Shown one piece after another: positions 28,901-38,059 of a stretch of 64,000 bases of DNA; position 1 is the first letter of the stretch; each line of letters opens with the position of its first letter. This stretch comes from Marinicella sp. (GTDB lineage: Bacteria > Pseudomonadota > Gammaproteobacteria > Xanthomonadales > Marinicellaceae): the NCBI GenBank assembly GCA_965230295.1, contig OZ246001.1:3200001-3264000 (forward strand), read 5' to 3'. Under the pieces are notes generated by a model. That model ran no database searches, had not been told where the DNA came from, and saw only the letters and a list, made by a program, of their open reading frames with translations. Made by a program: the position numbers and the translations under genes.

Positions 28901-31900
28901 AATTCAGTGCCAATCAGACTTACCGCAAAACGGTGCAACAACGACAGTTTGAACCTTATGGTCAAGGGGCAGGTGATTATGGCAACTTGTCATCGGTCAA
29001 AACACAAACTTATGGAGTCAGGAACGGTCAGTCTACTTTGTTACACACCATCCTTTTTGACCCGTCCTACGATCCGGCTGACACCAATAATTGGCTGATC
29101 AATCGTTTACAGTCGGTGTCCGTGACGACCACCCAAAGCAATGCCACAGGTCAAAGTGCAGACCAAGAAACATTAGTCACTGAATTTGATTACGATTCAA
29201 AGGGCCGGATCACGAGAATGGTGCGCCAACCCAATGATGCACCTGCCGAGAACACCACACTCACAACTCAGTTCACCTACCATCCAAGCTATGGTGTTTT
29301 AACCCAGCAAAGCATCATGTCAGGCTCGGAAACACGCAGCAATTTCATAGGCTATGACGCTGATTACAGGCTGCCGAATACCTTTACCAATGCCTTGGGC
29401 CACCGCGCTCAAATCACTGCATACCATCCAGTCTGTGAGTTGCCAACTCTGATAAAAGATGCCAATGCCTTGCAAACACAAATAGATTACGACAACTTCT
29501 GTCGACAAACATCAATCACTGAACCAACCGGAATCACCCAGACAGTCAGTTACAGTGAGCCGCCTACCGGTTGTGTAGACTGTCAAAGTGAACCCCAACT
29601 GATGATCACAGAGTCGACGCCTAACAGCCAGTCTCAAGATGTGATTTACTTTTTGAATCGCTATGGCCAAACCATTCGATCACAAACCAAGGGCAAGACT
29701 GATCAACACATTTGGCAATACACCCACTACACACGTTTTGGTCAAATCAAGAGTCAAACCCAACCCTTTTACCAACAGGGTGTCGATGATTTCACAACGC
29801 ATTATGCCTATGATGATTTGAATCGATTGATTCAAGTGAGGCTGCCATTTGATGATGTCAACCAAAATCCAGAAACGGTTGAGCATGATTTTGGCATTGA
29901 TGCGGCCACCGGATGGATGAGACATGCTTCCATTGATCCGGAAGACAAGCTCACCATCACCTACCTCAATGCACTGGGTCACGTTATGCGCGTGACCAAT
30001 GAATTAGGTCATTCAATGCACTATGCCTATGATGCCCACGGCAACCTCGTACAAACCAAAGATGCAGGGGTTGCTGGTAATGGCTTAAACGCCAATATCA
30101 CATCAATCAGCTATGACCAGCTGGGGCGACGCATCAGCCTGCAAGACCCTGATTTAGGGACGACTAACTACCGTTATTCTGCATTTGATGAATTGTTGTC
30201 ACAGACCGATGCCAAAGGCAATGTTCAAAGCATGCGATATGACCCACTGGGCAGATTGATTGAGCGACAAGTGGCAGGCACGAACGGTCGATCTTCTTAT
30301 ACCCAGTGGATATATGACAGCGTCAATGCAAGCAGTGACAGTTCTTTTGCAGGAGTCGGTGCATTGCATAAAGTGATGAGTAACCTCTCTTCACCAGGTA
30401 ACCCGGCCAGTGCCAATCATGTCAAAGAGTATAACTACGGTGCTGTTGGGCGGTTGGTTGAGGACTTAACTTATTTTGAAGGGGAAGTGTATCAACAGCA
30501 ATACAGTTACAGCCATGCCGATGGTTTTCTTGAGACACGTCAGTACCCGACTGTCATTGATATCAACAATCAAAAACAACCCATCTCAACGCCGTTCAAA
30601 TTGAAATACAAGTATGACAATGGTTATCTGGCATTGGTGGTCAGTGTCGATGAAAGTGATCCGCAAAATTATGTTGAACAGGATCAATGGTCGATAGACA
30701 GATACGATGCCCAAGGTCGTGTGATTACAGAGACTCTGGGAGATGTGGTTCAGTCCCAAAGCCAATACAAAGCAGGTATGGGCGGATTGGAACGCATCAT
30801 ATCAACTGTAGTCAGTGGCAATAATTTGGATCTGGTTGTTCAAGACATTGGTTACACGTTTGATGGCGTTGGAAATGTCACTTCTCGATCCGGTTACCTG
30901 AATGGCATTTCTGAGCATTTTAATTACGATGCGCTGCATCGCTTGACTCGTTACTCACACTCGGGAATCGATGCGCGACCTGCTGTGGATTTAACCTATG
31001 ATGCCATTGGTAACATTACCCACAAATCTGACGTAGGTACCTATATATATGACAACACCCAGGCTGGCCCACATGCACTGAGTCGAATCATAGATCCACC
31101 CGGTGTAGACAGTCGTCATCATTTTGATGTGAGTTGGGCCTGGCAAGCAGATTCAATGCCACATCCAGACCCGGGTTTTGACTCAGGGTTGTATTCAAGT
31201 GGTCCTGGCAACCATGTCTTCACATACGATGCCAACGGCAACCTGATACAAAATGGTCAGCGAAACATCAGCTGGACAGCGTTTGATAAGCCCAGGCGAT
31301 TGGTTCGACAAACCACGGAAGGGTTTGTGGGATCACAATTCAGTTACGATGGCCATTTCAACCGAATCAAAAAAGTTGAATCTGTGTATTCACCGTCAAT
31401 GATCGTTCTGGAGAATAAAGAAGAAACATTCTACATCGGTAAGGATTACGAAAAGATCACCAACCCGGCCAACCAATCTGTCCTTCATCGCTATACCCTG
31501 AATTTGGGGCAGCACATGATACAAGTCGAACGAGCAGGTGATGCGGGCAATGATCAGACCCACTACATGCTTGCCGATAACCAGGGTTCAACCCAAGTGG
31601 TGCTCAATTCAGCAGGTGAGGTCAAACAAACGCTGAACTTTGACCCATGGGGCAAAAGGCTTCAAACAGCCCCTTCTGAATTGCCTGTTAACCAAATAAC
31701 CAACCGGGGTTATACCGGGCATGAAATGGATGATGAGTTGGGATTGGTCAATATGAACGCCCGAATTTACGATCCGGCCATTGGGCGATTCCTCAGTGCA
31801 GATCCTGTCTTACCAGATGCATTCAACATGCAGCAATACAACAGGTACAGTTATGTGACCAATAACCCAATGTCTTTTACCGACCCTTCCGGAAATTTTG

Positions 31901-32793
31901 GTGTTGGTTTAACAACCATTTGTCAAAGCTCAAATGGTGGGGAAAGTTACTCTTGTACAGGATTCCCGACCTCTGGAACAGTGCTGTGGCCAGGGAAACC
32001 ATTCGATGCCGACATCGTCATTGGCAAGGCAGAAGAGGATTACTACGAAGGATCAATTACGCAAGAACAACTACTCGGAACGGTGATCGCAGCCACTCAC
32101 AGTACCTTGACACCTTATTCTCCAGTGGATGCGAATGGTGATGACACAGATGACTCGCCGATATTGCCAGGAGATACCAATGAAGACGGCGAAATAAGTA
32201 ATGGTGAAGCATTGGTCATCATTTGGGACGTCATCGCAGAAAACTGGCGCTGGATCTTGAATGACACCTTCAAAAGGACCCGTGAGCAATTCCCGGAAAC
32301 CGAGATCTTGATAGATTTTTCGGGCCTGGAAGACAGCAAGGATGTTATCATTGCTACTGCCGATGGTGATTTTTCCGGTGCGGCTCAACATGGCGTAGGG
32401 ATACTGGCTAATAAAGTGCCAGGCGGCCGACAAATTAAGGAAAAAGTACTTGAGGGTGTGCAGGCAAATAGGGCACAAGGCAAAGCAGGGGAGCGCGTAA
32501 CCGAAGCCAACCTCAAGAAGGAAGGTTCTTTAGCTGGTAAGCAAGTGACCTTTGAGACTTCAACAGGCGACAGGACTGTGATTGATTTTGTGACAGATGT
32601 CAAAGGAGGCAAAGGCGTGGTTGAGACCAAGACAGGTAATGCCAGGTTGACTAAAGGTCAAAAACAACTCTTTGATGACATAGAAAAGGGTAAACCAGTC
32701 ATACCAAGGGGCCTAAACGCAGATGATGCAGGTCTGACTCCTGGTGTCCCTGTTGTGCTGAAAAGTTGTGAACTTGATAGACCATGTATTTAA
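25921..32793 (+). CDS. RHS/YD-repeat polymorphic toxin: SpvB-like N-terminus, FG-GAP propeller, RHS core, C-terminal PD-(D/E)xK nuclease-like domain
   Basis: GAFQYSIPL..QPQLSL..GNGLLGVGW, seven D-x-N-G/A-D-G repeats, YD repeats, RGYTGHE..MNARIYDP..GRFLSAD..YSYVTNNP..DPSG core, and a tip containing IDF..VETK. Confidence 0.93.
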   Translation: MKNVKVINHGIKFNSDRHNGLKLPVFLWLLTVLWLPLAAAKDMPGASPTSYAVSPSGAFQYSIPLLMPTGRNGVQPQLSLNFSSDRGNGLLGVGWGLSGLSAITRCGQTFVTNGRKRGVWHNNNDRFCMNGSQLILVSGTYGANGSTYRTELDTFAKIEAMGNGSVNHNGGRAPSGWKVWSKDGKVFYYGTVDPGQSNSAQNRLPGTNSIHRWNLARMEDRSGNYYEVHYYSGNGRPNKILYTLKNGISTGQEIKFNYQSTRPDPRHVYVAGKRIDHTQRLKNINIKNAGQAFRQYHMVYEQAPVTGRSRLTAIRECGVNGSTCFPDIKIKWQANQAGYRNATAAEDKAPDNMIAYYTYTKHLGGGQVEHNSVKEINRGEWVDLNGDGEADQVIAYVAPGGNYVRKVYLRDHSRPSGWSTDQGRWHLPKPLRSYTNAVVNTTTARFGSGVINMGQFADVNGDGLVDIVYSYRLDRARQQYADPNNPISQIEDFRHTYLNTGNGWQLSAVWKPKDLLYDYVSNGAGYYRVETVRGRLLDINGDGLVDWVRAYFDYIANNTGRPFRNTWINDGSGWNHHVGYKLPDVFAHYRGIYSIPHGQFVDVNGDGLPDWVQSYHASTETPQRKTWVNTGSGWSRQSRFDLPDLMYDNLGGWNDVTPNKRGSFVDINGDGLRDWVESYETGGGFQRRGIRLNTGNGWGGRNVGFAAPPFAHVNFRYSNFGHGYPINKRGEYLDLNGDGLMDYVESYKSSATGFPTSRKAYINVGNRWQLQAANSVYTPRVLYYDYSGRRNAKSKIGQFVDINADGSADWVASRSDITNYSRLKRQHVMDQVASITSTMGVEVKPTLLPLTHNDIIYQKRPNQMANGQPAPLTNHARFVESPMYVTSKLLTSRPDSNTEYNTTKYRYGGLQVHRLGRGALGFFRFETIDSLGVSTVQEFKQVFPLAGQVKQVRQRKSGRILSDQKNNYKVEATDRKLGKTYFAALQQTTRDDNEFSANQTYRKTVQQRQFEPYGQGAGDYGNLSSVKTQTYGVRNGQSTLLHTILFDPSYDPADTNNWLINRLQSVSVTTTQSNATGQSADQETLVTEFDYDSKGRITRMVRQPNDAPAENTTLTTQFTYHPSYGVLTQQSIMSGSETRSNFIGYDADYRLPNTFTNALGHRAQITAYHPVCELPTLIKDANALQTQIDYDNFCRQTSITEPTGITQTVSYSEPPTGCVDCQSEPQLMITESTPNSQSQDVIYFLNRYGQTIRSQTKGKTDQHIWQYTHYTRFGQIKSQTQPFYQQGVDDFTTHYAYDDLNRLIQVRLPFDDVNQNPETVEHDFGIDAATGWMRHASIDPEDKLTITYLNALGHVMRVTNELGHSMHYAYDAHGNLVQTKDAGVAGNGLNANITSISYDQLGRRISLQDPDLGTTNYRYSAFDELLSQTDAKGNVQSMRYDPLGRLIERQVAGTNGRSSYTQWIYDSVNASSDSSFAGVGALHKVMSNLSSPGNPASANHVKEYNYGAVGRLVEDLTYFEGEVYQQQYSYSHADGFLETRQYPTVIDINNQKQPISTPFKLKYKYDNGYLALVVSVDESDPQNYVEQDQWSIDRYDAQGRVITETLGDVVQSQSQYKAGMGGLERIISTVVSGNNLDLVVQDIGYTFDGVGNVTSRSGYLNGISEHFNYDALHRLTRYSHSGIDARPAVDLTYDAIGNITHKSDVGTYIYDNTQAGPHALSRIIDPPGVDSRHHFDVSWAWQADSMPHPDPGFDSGLYSSGPGNHVFTYDANGNLIQNGQRNISWTAFDKPRRLVRQTTEGFVGSQFSYDGHFNRIKKVESVYSPSMIVLENKEETFYIGKDYEKITNPANQSVLHRYTLNLGQHMIQVERAGDAGNDQTHYMLADNQGSTQVVLNSAGEVKQTLNFDPWGKRLQTAPSELPVNQITNRGYTGHEMDDELGLVNMNARIYDPAIGRFLSADPVLPDAFNMQQYNRYSYVTNNPMSFTDPSGNFGVGLTTICQSSNGGESYSCTGFPTSGTVLWPGKPFDADIVIGKAEEDYYEGSITQEQLLGTVIAATHSTLTPYSPVDANGDDTDDSPILPGDTNEDGEISNGEALVIIWDVIAENWRWILNDTFKRTREQFPETEILIDFSGLEDSKDVIIATADGDFSGAAQHGVGILANKVPGGRQIKEKVLEGVQANRAQGKAGERVTEANLKKEGSLAGKQVTFETSTGDRTVIDFVTDVKGGKGVVETKTGNARLTKGQKQLFDDIEKGKPVIPRGLNADDAGLTPGVPVVLKSCELDRPCI

Positions 32794-32798
32794 TAAAT

Positions 32799-33437
32799 AT
32801 GAAAAGTAAATGTGATGCAGCATTCAAGAAGCAAATTCTGAGTAAATGCTATGATGCCCTAGAAAGCATTGGTTTTACCAGATTCAATAAAAACGGGGTC
32901 GATTGGCCTTTGGGTGAGGGGTTTAACTGTTGGGTCGGATTAAATTCTGCATTGCATTCAGATAGGGTCGAGTTGGTTCCTAATATTGGCTTGCATGTGG
33001 AACCTGTGGAGCGGATGATCTTTGAAACAGATCAATCTGGAAATTTCCCAAAGTACAATCGAAAAGTGGCTACTTATGCATTCAATATAGGTACAATCGA
33101 TTCAATCAGTGATGAGCCTGCATTTGCATTCAGCCCCAACCAAAGCAACTCGTTTTTAGAGTCTGAATGTGAGAGGTTAGCCTACCTATATACAAATAAT
33201 GGGCTTGAATATGTAAGAACGTTGGCCTCGTATGATGCTTTAGCACCTTTACTGAAAGAGTATGTCAATTCTCTGGGGGGCAACCCTGAACGGTATGCTG
33301 TTTGTCTATATTTGTTGGGGCTAAAGCATGAATCAATGAACTTCTTAGAAAACTTTCCGGAGCAATACAAGAGCTACATTCAAGGATTTGCGGTTCCTTT
33401 CATAGCTAAGATTCAATCAGAGTTAGGCACGCTTTGA
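32799..33437 (+). CDS. Putative cognate immunity protein
   Basis: Lies immediately after the RHS stop (alternative start 32784 overlaps it). About 212 aa, no signal peptide. The assignment rests on position. Confidence 0.7.
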   Translation: MKSKCDAAFKKQILSKCYDALESIGFTRFNKNGVDWPLGEGFNCWVGLNSALHSDRVELVPNIGLHVEPVERMIFETDQSGNFPKYNRKVATYAFNIGTIDSISDEPAFAFSPNQSNSFLESECERLAYLYTNNGLEYVRTLASYDALAPLLKEYVNSLGGNPERYAVCLYLLGLKHESMNFLENFPEQYKSYIQGFAVPFIAKIQSELGTL

Positions 33438-33526
33438 ACCGCGAAATGAACCAGACAGAACTTTTGCTTGCCTCCCTGTTTTTTTGGTCAGTGACCGTAA
33501 TCCACATCATATGTTGGTGTGTAAAA

Positions 33527-33596
33527 AGGACGAAAATGTATAAATGTGGGAAGGGCGGATGTCATTTCAGGACATAAGATGTTAATTTGAGGACAT
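33527..33596 (+). promoter_or_regulatory. 21-bp-phased AGGAC direct repeats (candidate AraC/HTCS sites)
   Basis: AGGAC occurs at 33527, 33569 and 33590. The last two lie within GATGTcATTTcAGGACAT and GATGTtAaTTTgAGGACAT. Confidence 0.5.
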
Positions 33597-33659
33597 GGGT
33601 TTGACGGTTATTTGTGCTTCATATAAAGTACTCAGATTCCAATGAAATGAGAAAAACGT

Positions 33660-33971
33660 ATGAAAAAGCACACTTGTTCTGTCCTCATTATCTTGATGTT
33701 CAGTGTTACCGCAGCTTCTTCAAAACAGAAATATGGCGCAGGCCCTTATGGATGTTTTCATGGTAATATGATTTATGGGTACACCAGCAGTAAAAACATT
33801 GCTACGTGCCCATCCATCCATCAAGTCTTTCAAAATCCATCAAGGTCAGCCCACCCGCATCATGGGGGCAGGCGTTCTGCACACACCCCGTCAATTTCCC
33901 AAAAGCCTGATTTTGCGCATAAACATGATCCGGACACATGTCCTGTTTCAGTCAGATTCATAGGGGATTGA
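33660..33971 (+). CDS. Small secreted His/Pro/Cys-containing hypothetical protein
   Basis: MKK plus hydrophobic core plus TAA/AAS signal peptide. It fills the gap before the sensor gene and is preceded by phased repeats. Confidence 0.55.
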   Translation: MKKHTCSVLIILMFSVTAASSKQKYGAGPYGCFHGNMIYGYTSSKNIATCPSIHQVFQNPSRSAHPHHGGRRSAHTPSISQKPDFAHKHDPDTCPVSVRFIGD

Positions 33972-34044
33972 CCAGATTCCGTATCAATAGATAGAATGTT
34001 GTCTTTTGTATCTTGAGTGAATGTATTTCTACTGAAATTGAATC

Positions 34045-37000
34045 ATGACATTGCGATTGCTGTTGATTTCTGCATTGTTGCTGGGTATACACGTTGATGG
34101 ACTGTCCACCAATCCGGTCAGATTCAATCATTTGTCTCAGGCCACTGATAACACCACTGTTCAAATCATCAGAGACATCGCCCAAGACAGCAAAGGGTTT
34201 ATATGGATTGTAACGGCTCACCAAGGACTGTTTAAATATGATGGTTACAAGTTAACGCCGGTTTCGATTTTCAATGATTCAAAAAGGTTATTGATCAACT
34301 CATTGGTCATTGATGATCGGGATGTGCTTTGGATAGGTACGGAACAGAATGGTCTGGTTCGCTATGATGGTGGTGACATATCGGTGTTTCGATCGGTATC
34401 AACTGCTGATGCCCAAATAAGTTCTGATCATGTGCAAGCGCTGTTTGTAGATGAAGCTGATCTGTTGTGGGTGGCCACTGACATAGGCATAGATCGAGTT
34501 GATCTGGCCTCCCAAAACATTCAACAGGTTGCATCATTTAAGGAATCGATTGATGTCAAAGACCTGTATATGATCAATAAGAGGTTGTTGATTGGATCAA
34601 CGATTGGCTTGTTTGAGCTTGACCCCAATATCCAGGCAATCATCCGCAGTGAAGTGCCTACAGAGATGAACAATGTGGCAATCAATGCTTTTCATGTTGA
34701 TGAAAAACAACAGCTTTGGATGGGAACTAATCGAGGGTTGTTCGTCAAAAAATCCTACTCCTCCAACATCAAAGCCTTTGAGCCACAAATCATCAGTGGT
34801 CGTGTTTTTGCCATTGAATCAGAAGGCGATACACTTTGGGTTGGTACGCTTTTTGATGGATTGTATAAAGTACACAAGGACAGTTTGGATATCGAGAATT
34901 TCCGTTATGCTGCGACCATCGTTGATGGGATCAGTGACAACAGTATCTTGTCCTTGATGGTTGATGACATGGGCATTTTATGGGTCGGAACATTCAATGA
35001 TGGGATCAACTACATCGACTCGAAAACCAGTCACTTTGGTTTGCAAAATGATTCGCCGGCCAGTTTGTATTGTTCACAAACCAAGGTGTTTTATCACTTT
35101 TACCAGAACCCCTCAGGCTTGTTATGGGTTGCCAGTGAAAAGGGACTGATTAAATTTCATCAACTGCAAAAATCATGTGAGCTGATCGGATTGACTGGTA
35201 ATGAATCCAGTTCATTCTCGCATGAATTGATTTATCATGTCATACCAGATGGTGATTTTGGTTTGTGGGTTTCGACAGCCAGGGGGCTCAATCACTTGAC
35301 AACACAGACGGGTAAAATAAATCAATTGTTGGGGGCTGTTCCGGCAACCAATACATTTTTTACCGTTCAAGAGTCTCCTACCTCATTGCTGCTAGGAACC
35401 AATCAAGGACTGTATCGCTATTATCCTTCGTCGTTGTATTCTGAACCCGTTTCTGAATTGTACCCACCAGCCAGTCCGCTCAACCTTTATCACTATGCGA
35501 TAACTGCCAACAAGCAATATATATTTGCCACGGACCAGGGTGTCTATCAACTCAACGGAGCCGGTCAGCTAGCGCCACATGCCGCCATCCAATCACAATT
35601 GCCTGCTACTGAAATCATGTCATTGCACGTTGATGAACAAGGACATATCTGGGTTGGCACATTCCTGTTTGGTTTGTATCAATTCAATCAAGCAGGGCAT
35701 TTGTTAACTGTTTATGGCCAAGACCATGGTATGAGTAAAGACATGTCTATCAACAGCATCCTCAGTGATGATAACGACCATTTATGGCTGGGTACTGATA
35801 AAGGATTGGTGCGGCTTAACAAATCACAAAAGAACGCCCATGTTTTCCGCCGCAGTGATGGCTTACAGAGTGACACATTCATAAAAATATCAGCGTATAA
35901 ATCTGATACAGGTCAGCTGTATTTTGGTGGTCGTGGTGGGTTCAATGCTTTTGATCCTGACACCATTGAGTTCAATCACAGCCCACCCAACATTGTCATC
36001 ACCCAATTCAATCACTTTGGTGAACAGATTGAACCACATGATGATTCACAACAATTTTCACTGGCCAAACCGATCAATGAAATGGACTCACTGGTACTGA
36101 CGCATAAGGATTATGTGATTGGATTTGAATTTGCTGCCCTGGACTATGCAGACCCATCAAGAAATCAGTATGCTTATACAATGGCTGGTTTGGATCCGGA
36201 CTGGATTTACACCAGTGCCAACGATCGCCGGGTCAATTACACCAATTTAGCGCCAGGAAAATACATATTCAAAGTCAAGGGTGCCAACAAAGATGGGGTC
36301 TGGTCTAGCCAGCCGAAGTCTATTGAGATTCTGGTTTTGTCTCCACCTTGGCTCAGGTGGTGGGCCATTTCTGCTTATGTTGCTGTGATATTTGGTCTCA
36401 TATCCTGGTATTTCAGGAAAAAGCAAAGACGCAATGTGATGATGACCCAATTGTTGAGAGAGGAAGTGGCAAAAAGAACAGAAGAGTTGCAGCTACAAAA
36501 AAAGAAAGTTGAAAATCTGTTGTTCAAAAAAAATGAATTCTTTACTCACATGTCTCATGAGTTCAGGACACCACTGACTTTGATCTTGGGTCCCATCAAT
36601 CAATTGTTGAATCAGTCTCTTCAGGCCAGTGACATGCAATCTTTGCAAATGGTAAAACGCAATGCCAATCGGTTGCTGACCATGATTGAACAGTTGTTAC
36701 AAATGGCAAAAGTATCAGACGAAGAAAAAATAGAATTCAAAGTTGTTCAAGTGCAACAAAAACTCAGCAGCATGGTTGATTCTTTTCAATGTTTGGTCAC
36801 TGATAAGAAAATCAAACTTGAATTAATTGCCAATCCCGAAGTCAGCATCGAAACCACTGATGATGCTTTGGATACTGTCATAGGTAACTTGATTTCAAAT
36901 GCCATCAAGTACACACCTGACGGAGGTCAAGTCAGCATCAATTCTTTTGTTGACGGGCAGCGGTTGTGTATCCAGGTTTCAGATTCAGGAGTCGGCCTCA

Positions 37001-38058
37001 GTCATCAGCAGCAACAAGACATCTTCCAACGTTTTAAGCGCTTGGAAATGCACCAAAACATTGAGGGCACAGGGATGGGTCTGGCCATAGTCAAAGAAGT
37101 CATGAGAATGAATCAGGGAGAGATTGAAATTTCCAGTGTGGTCGGGCAAGGCAGTCAGTTTTCTGTCTATTTCAAATTGGCTGATACCACAGTCATTAAT
37201 GAGCAAGGTCAGGCTGTACATCCTTTGGTCAAACAGTTGTCAACTGATCTACAGGCTGAGCGACTCATTGAACACACAGCTGGTGACCAACAAAATGAAA
37301 CGGTGCTGATCATTGATGACAGTCAAGATATGCGAAAACTGCTGGGGGATATTTTGAAAAATCAATACCATTGTGTTTTTGCTGAACAAGGTAAAACAGG
37401 TATTGCATTGGCTCTTAAACATGTTCCTGATGTCATCATTTGTGATGTGATGATGCCTGAAATGGATGGCTTTCAGGTCAGCCGAATTCTGCGGTCTGAT
37501 ACACGCACATCACACATTCCATTGATTTTGTTGACGGCATTAACTGACCAGGAAAACCGGATCAAAGGCTGGCGTGAACATGTTGATGCCTATTTGACCA
37601 AACCATTTGATGAACAGGAACTGTTGTTGCAAATGAGCAGTGTTCTGGCTGTGCGCAACATCTTGAAGTCAAAAGCCAGTCAGATGATCAGTTCCAATCG
37701 CCAGGATCATACATTTGCCTTACCAGAGAAAGATCAAAAATTCATAGATAAATTAATCGATTTGATTGAACAGAATCATGAAAATGTCAATTACCTGCGA
37801 TCTCATATGGCACATGACATGGCTGTCAGTGAAAGGCAACTGCAACGCAAGCTCAAGGCATTAACTGGTAAAAACCCTGGCGATTTGATACGAGAATACC
37901 GCTTGAAGAAGGCGGGCCAATTATTAAAAGATGGCTATCAAGTGGCTCAAATTGCTGATCAATGTGGATTCAGTTCACCTGCTTATTTCTCGAAATGTTT
38001 CAAAGCTCAATTCGGTATGGCGCCAAAGCACTATCAAGATTTGTGTATGAAGGGTTAG
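34045..38058 (+). CDS. Hybrid two-component sensor-regulator (Reg_prop propellers, Y_Y_Y, TM, HisKA, HATPase, REC, AraC)
   Basis: IAQDSKGFIWI and LWIGT repeats, YTNLAPGKYIFKVKG, PPWLRWW, SHEFRTPL, NAIKYT, GTGMGL, DVMMPEMDG and CGFSSPAYFSKCFK. Confidence 0.96.
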   Translation: MTLRLLLISALLLGIHVDGLSTNPVRFNHLSQATDNTTVQIIRDIAQDSKGFIWIVTAHQGLFKYDGYKLTPVSIFNDSKRLLINSLVIDDRDVLWIGTEQNGLVRYDGGDISVFRSVSTADAQISSDHVQALFVDEADLLWVATDIGIDRVDLASQNIQQVASFKESIDVKDLYMINKRLLIGSTIGLFELDPNIQAIIRSEVPTEMNNVAINAFHVDEKQQLWMGTNRGLFVKKSYSSNIKAFEPQIISGRVFAIESEGDTLWVGTLFDGLYKVHKDSLDIENFRYAATIVDGISDNSILSLMVDDMGILWVGTFNDGINYIDSKTSHFGLQNDSPASLYCSQTKVFYHFYQNPSGLLWVASEKGLIKFHQLQKSCELIGLTGNESSSFSHELIYHVIPDGDFGLWVSTARGLNHLTTQTGKINQLLGAVPATNTFFTVQESPTSLLLGTNQGLYRYYPSSLYSEPVSELYPPASPLNLYHYAITANKQYIFATDQGVYQLNGAGQLAPHAAIQSQLPATEIMSLHVDEQGHIWVGTFLFGLYQFNQAGHLLTVYGQDHGMSKDMSINSILSDDNDHLWLGTDKGLVRLNKSQKNAHVFRRSDGLQSDTFIKISAYKSDTGQLYFGGRGGFNAFDPDTIEFNHSPPNIVITQFNHFGEQIEPHDDSQQFSLAKPINEMDSLVLTHKDYVIGFEFAALDYADPSRNQYAYTMAGLDPDWIYTSANDRRVNYTNLAPGKYIFKVKGANKDGVWSSQPKSIEILVLSPPWLRWWAISAYVAVIFGLISWYFRKKQRRNVMMTQLLREEVAKRTEELQLQKKKVENLLFKKNEFFTHMSHEFRTPLTLILGPINQLLNQSLQASDMQSLQMVKRNANRLLTMIEQLLQMAKVSDEEKIEFKVVQVQQKLSSMVDSFQCLVTDKKIKLELIANPEVSIETTDDALDTVIGNLISNAIKYTPDGGQVSINSFVDGQRLCIQVSDSGVGLSHQQQQDIFQRFKRLEMHQNIEGTGMGLAIVKEVMRMNQGEIEISSVVGQGSQFSVYFKLADTTVINEQGQAVHPLVKQLSTDLQAERLIEHTAGDQQNETVLIIDDSQDMRKLLGDILKNQYHCVFAEQGKTGIALALKHVPDVIICDVMMPEMDGFQVSRILRSDTRTSHIPLILLTALTDQENRIKGWREHVDAYLTKPFDEQELLLQMSSVLAVRNILKSKASQMISSNRQDHTFALPEKDQKFIDKLIDLIEQNHENVNYLRSHMAHDMAVSERQLQRKLKALTGKNPGDLIREYRLKKAGQLLKDGYQVAQIADQCGFSSPAYFSKCFKAQFGMAPKHYQDLCMKG

Positions 38059-38059
38059 T

